64,000 bases of DNA from assembly GCA_947053455.1 (NCBI GenBank), contig CAMRSV010000001.1, positions 36,937 through 100,936 on the forward strand. Reading direction: 5' to 3'. Position 1 is the first letter of the stretch; each line of letters opens with the position of its first letter. Positions 60,382 to 64,000 of this stretch are shown in pieces. Under the pieces are notes generated by a model. That model was given only the letters and a program-made list of their open reading frames with translations, made no database searches and had not been told where the DNA came from. A program made the translations under genes and the position numbers. Origin of the DNA: an uncultured Alphaproteobacteria bacterium. GTDB lineage: Bacteria > Pseudomonadota > Alphaproteobacteria > Rs-D84.

Positions 60382-61188
60382 TTATCCCCTAAAAAATTTT
60401 CCAACATACGGCAATTTCTGCAGTTTACGCATACGCCACAACCATATCAATCCGTGTTCACGCGCAAACGTGCGTCGAAACTTTTTACTGGCCTTGTAAT
60501 CCAGTTTCATTTTTTTTCTTTTTTCCACATCACGCGAATTCAACAACGACAAATCGTTGAACATATAGTGATATAGCACATCGGGCACAACCACCAAAAG
60601 GCGCATACGCGTCAAAATCCGCAGCAGGAAATCCATATCCTCCATTGTCATCATGCCAACCGGAAAAGAAATTCCGCAATCGGATAAAAACTTACGCGAG
60701 AAAACATACCGCCACACATACCCATCCGACAATGCATTTGTTCGTTTAAAAATTCCAAATGTAGTACGCACAACGCGCATACGGTTGTACAACAATCCTT
60801 TTGTATATTTAACATTTGTGACAAATCCGCTTACCGCGGCATCCGCACCGGTACTAACCAGTGCATCAATCATTTTCTCATAATAATCTGGGTCGATAAA
60901 ATCATCACTGTCCATGAAATGCACATATTGCCCACGGGCAAGCTTTATACCGTCATTTCGCGCCGCAGATACACCCCCATTTTCTTTGTGGATTACACGT
61001 ATACGCTTGTCACGACGCGCATATTCATCCAGTATTTTTCCACTGTTGTCCGGACTGCCGTCGTCGACACATATCGCCTCCCAGTCCGTTAATGTCTGAC
61101 TCATCACACTGTCTAGACATCTGCGCACATATCTTTCAACTTTATATACTGGTATTATTACACTTACTTTGGGCATTTTTACTGTCAT
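60382..61188 (-). CDS. family 2 glycosyltransferase (GT2), tandem copy 2
   Basis: The first ~85 aa are identical to copy 1 (MPKVSVIIPVYKVERYV...ARGQYV), and the C-terminal domain is distinct. An alternative start MPKVS lies at 61176. Confidence 0.85.
   Translation of the reverse strand: MTVKMPKVSVIIPVYKVERYVRRCLDSVMSQTLTDWEAICVDDGSPDNSGKILDEYARRDKRIRVIHKENGGVSAARNDGIKLARGQYVHFMDSDDFIDPDYYEKMIDALVSTGADAAVSGFVTNVKYTKGLLYNRMRVVRTTFGIFKRTNALSDGYVWRYVFSRKFLSDCGISFPVGMMTMEDMDFLLRILTRMRLLVVVPDVLYHYMFNDLSLLNSRDVEKRKKMKLDYKASKKFRRTFAREHGLIWLWRMRKLQKLPYVGKFFRG
60922..61176. repeat. 255-bp block identical to 60124..60378
   Basis: See paired repeat. Confidence 0.85.
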
Positions 61189-61190
61189 GG

Positions 61191-62216
61191 TTATTTATTT
61201 CGGGGTCGAATAAAATCATATATTTTTGCACGAACTTTGGCAGCCCACTTGAACGGCGGATTGTCCAACGCGCCAATTTTATTCATTTCTACAAAGCATT
61301 CACGCGCCGCATTCAAATCATGCGCATTGTCTATGTATTTTATCTTGCTGAACGCCTTTTTTATAAAAAACCATTTAAAATTGTCGGTCCAGCACCGTGT
61401 CTGATATTCATTGGCACTTTTATGATACAACATGTACGCGTCATTGATTCCGATGCACAATCCCTGCAGTATATGCAATGCCTTGGCCGACAAAACAATT
61501 CCACCAAAATTCGGGCGATAAAAAACCAAGGGCATGCGCGTAATTGTAGTTCGCGGCTGCTTAAGCAAAAGTGCCGACCACCACGGAACATCCTCAAACA
61601 AAATACCTTTTATAAACGCGATATCTTGAATCATTTCGCGCCGATACAGGTTTTTCCAAACCTGGCAATGCTTTACCAGCCATTTTCTTTTCAAATTAAA
61701 GGGGTTGTGCGTACGTTCGGTCGCATATTTAAATATATCGTCCGTTACACGTGTTTTTATTTTTGCCGCATCATACCGGCGCCGTATACTTTTCGGTACG
61801 ACATTATCTGTGTCCAAACCCAATTTATGCCGTATCATCATTTTCGGCCGATACGAACGGTCGTACGTAAACGCCACCATATCTGAATTGTCGCGGCGCG
61901 CCAGGGTATATGTCACCTCCATCGCCTGGGGATGCAAAAAGTCATCACTGTCCAGATACATGACATAATCGCCGCGTGCATGCTTCATTCCAGTATTTCG
62001 CGCAACGGACAGTCCCATATTTTCCTGCGTAAAGACCTTGAAGCGTTTATCGCGCGCGGCATATTCTGCCAAAATCTTGCCACTATTGTCTGGGCTGCCG
62101 TCGTCGACGCATATCGCCTCCCAGTCGGTAAATGTCTGCGCAATCACACTGTCTAGGCATGCCCGCAGATATTTTTCAACCTTAAAAACAGGTATAATTA
62201 TTGAAATTGCTGGCAT
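61191..62216 (-). CDS. family 2 glycosyltransferase (GT2), tandem copy 3 (diverged)
   Basis: MPAISIIIPVFKVEKYLRACLDSV..DWEAICVDDGSPDNSG..DSDD. The 5' DNA is partly similar to copies 1 and 2. Confidence 0.85.
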   Translation of the reverse strand: MPAISIIIPVFKVEKYLRACLDSVIAQTFTDWEAICVDDGSPDNSGKILAEYAARDKRFKVFTQENMGLSVARNTGMKHARGDYVMYLDSDDFLHPQAMEVTYTLARRDNSDMVAFTYDRSYRPKMMIRHKLGLDTDNVVPKSIRRRYDAAKIKTRVTDDIFKYATERTHNPFNLKRKWLVKHCQVWKNLYRREMIQDIAFIKGILFEDVPWWSALLLKQPRTTITRMPLVFYRPNFGGIVLSAKALHILQGLCIGINDAYMLYHKSANEYQTRCWTDNFKWFFIKKAFSKIKYIDNAHDLNAARECFVEMNKIGALDNPPFKWAAKVRAKIYDFIRPRNK

Positions 62217-62228
62217 GCCCGCCCCTTT

Positions 62229-63134
62229 TTATTTATTCATCTTGTTTATCATGACATCAGCAACACTGCCCGGAATCTGGCGCTTTGCCCACGGGCTTTT
62301 GTACGCCGTTTTCTGGAAAAACGCACCTGATGTGTATTTATCGAACAATTCCTGACTAAATGGTTCATTTGCAATTGACCACCACAGGGCATGCGTCGGA
62401 TCTTGATCTACATGCGGCATCTTTTCAAAATACTTGGCGGCCAATGGGTCGTTTTGAACCAGCGCCTTAAACATCAATTGATGCATGAAGTAATCAAATT
62501 CGCGTGGCTCGTTCAACCAGAAATTATGAATCACTGCACGCCATGCCTCTAATAGATATGCCCCCTTGCGGCCACGTATAAAACAGTTCTGAATAAAACT
62601 GTACGGGCTGCCAACATTTTCACCGGCCATAAATACAAAGAAATCTTGGTCTACGATATATTGCGGTATGGGCGATGTCACAAACCCCGTCGAATCCAGC
62701 CAGAATCCCCCGTGATTATGCAACAGTTCAACCCGGCAAATATCCAAGAAATGCGCGACCGCGATTTTGCCCTCATGAAACTTGTCCATAATTACGCCAG
62801 GCAAGTCTATGTAATTGAACAAAGTCTTTTCATCAAGCAACAATACTTTTTGTGTCAGGTTCTTTTCCGCACTGCGCATGCATGCCTTGACCAAATCGGG
62901 CATCGGGTTGTACCCCCAGAAAACGAACACGTTTTCATTTGCGTCGTTTTTTACCGCTGGCTTTTCTGCGACAGTACCCGGCGCCGGAACGTAACGCGCC
63001 AGATAGCGCGGTATCGCAACGGTTGCAACGGCACACCGATGGGCGCGGCGCTTATCACGCGGCCACCACAGCGGGTTTAATACGTGCGCGCGCAACGCAA
63101 TGTCCGTCAATGCTAATGTTCTGCTTAATTTCAT
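62229..63134 (-). CDS. putative polysaccharide-synthesis glycosyltransferase (Caps_synth/GT32-like)
   Basis: 301 aa. The layout resembles capsular polysaccharide synthesis proteins, assigned by eye only. Confidence 0.4.
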   Translation of the reverse strand: MKLSRTLALTDIALRAHVLNPLWWPRDKRRAHRCAVATVAIPRYLARYVPAPGTVAEKPAVKNDANENVFVFWGYNPMPDLVKACMRSAEKNLTQKVLLLDEKTLFNYIDLPGVIMDKFHEGKIAVAHFLDICRVELLHNHGGFWLDSTGFVTSPIPQYIVDQDFFVFMAGENVGSPYSFIQNCFIRGRKGAYLLEAWRAVIHNFWLNEPREFDYFMHQLMFKALVQNDPLAAKYFEKMPHVDQDPTHALWWSIANEPFSQELFDKYTSGAFFQKTAYKSPWAKRQIPGSVADVMINKMNK

Positions 63135-63214
63135 AAGGCACCCCTTTTAGTTATAAATTACAATAATATAAATGTTTTTACCATTCGTCTAAATCATGTA
63201 GCATTGTTTCCTCC

Positions 63215-64000
63215 TTATTCTTCTGTGACTGACATTTCATCCGCATCATCTTCGGCGGGGCCGGTTGTCATCTCTTCGGCAATACCCGACGCACGTGCCA
63301 TGATTTTTTCTAGCAATTCTTTCTGAACATCTTCGCGGTCACGCAGCCATTGGCGTGCATTTGCCTCGCCCTGCCCCATGCGCTCACTATTATATGAATA
63401 AAAGCTACCCGCCTTTTCAATCAGGTCGTATTTCACACCCATATCCAGAATTTCACTAACGCGACTTATACCTTCGCCGTACATGATTTTGAAATCAACC
63501 GTCCGGAATGGCGGTGCGACTTTGTTTTTAACAACCTTAACACGTGTTTCGTTACCAACAATGTTTTCCTTGTCCTTTATTTGACCGGTGCGGCGAATAT
63601 CCAGACGTACCGACGCATAGAACTTTAACGCATTACCACCAGATGTCGTTTCCGGGTTTCCAAACATAACACCGATTTTCATACGTATTTGGTTGATAAA
63701 GATAAGAAGAGTGTTACTGCGCGAAACAGAACCAGCAAGTTTTTTCAAACTCTGACTCATCAATCGCGCTGTGGTACCGACAAATGAATCGCCGATATTT
63801 CCCTCTAATTCCGCACGCGGAACCAGCGCCGCCACACTGTCAATTACAACAACATCAACCGCACCAGATTTTACCAACGTATCTGTGATTTCCAATGCCT
63901 GTTCACCGGAATCGGGCTGCGATATAATCAGATTTGATACATCAACACCCAGTTTTTTCGCGTAACTTGGATCCAGTGCATTTTCCGCATCAATATACGC
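63215..64000 (-). CDS. recA: recombinase RecA (C-terminal part; gene continues beyond window end)
   Basis: The track ORF from an internal Met matches RecA core and C-terminus (..[32 protein letters not shown]..). The reading frame stays open to 64000. Confidence 0.9.
   Translation of the reverse strand, partial: AYIDAENALDPSYAKKLGVDVSNLIISQPDSGEQALEITDTLVKSGAVDVVVIDSVAALVPRAELEGNIGDSFVGTTARLMSQSLKKLAGSVSRSNTLLIFINQIRMKIGVMFGNPETTSGGNALKFYASVRLDIRRTGQIKDKENIVGNETRVKVVKNKVAPPFRTVDFKIMYGEGISRVSEILDMGVKYDLIEKAGSFYSYNSERMGQGEANARQWLRDREDVQKELLEKIMARASGIAEEMTTGPAEDDADEMSVTEE

Noticed and set aside
60041-61099. 86-aa (60041-60301) and 61-aa (60914-61099) + strand ORFs with identical sequence
   Set aside because: They are identical only because they lie within the 255-bp duplicated GT2 5' block and are antisense to the GT2 genes.

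Overview
Alphaproteobacterial-type chromosomal window (MucR/Ros regulator, Cys-less DksA, AddB, SufS-SufT-SufE, RHH_4 protein), about 45-50% GC and densely coding with housekeeping genes. In order: recJ (partial), ftsI/ftsL, sufE-sufT-sufS, trxA, dksA, tatA, a SPOR protein, thrS, hlyIII, gltX, trmB, an unknown 4-gene operon, a ybeY-lnt fused ORF, a TPR protein, mucR, rarA, fabD, two OMP genes, ftsK, PAP2, ctp, secF-secD-yajC, mutL, greA, lptF/G, xerC/D, a J-domain protein, an acyl-CoA ligase, xth, addB, engB, rsmI, lpoA-like, mnmE, ruvA, yebC, ruvC, trxB, serS, typA, a 6-gene surface-glycan/glycosyltransferase locus, and recA (partial). The standout signal is four dispersed genes for secreted, cysteine-rich, eukaryote-like (EGF/ephrin-receptor-like) proteins. 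Each is preceded by a copy of the same ~180-230-nt structured leader. The leader has a conserved GGGGYGTMGARRCC box, a hairpin (CCTCCAACC..GGTTGGAGG), and a downstream CCTCCAACC segment fused to a terminator-like hairpin plus T-tract. One copy carries compensatory changes in all three pairing segments, consistent with a terminator/antiterminator switch (candidate new riboswitch or attenuator). Also notable: three tandem GT2 genes whose first two share a 255-bp 100% identical 5' block, an apparent ybeY-lnt translational fusion, and a ThrRS lacking the N-terminal TGS domain. No rRNA, tRNA, CRISPR, or obvious IS/transposase was seen.
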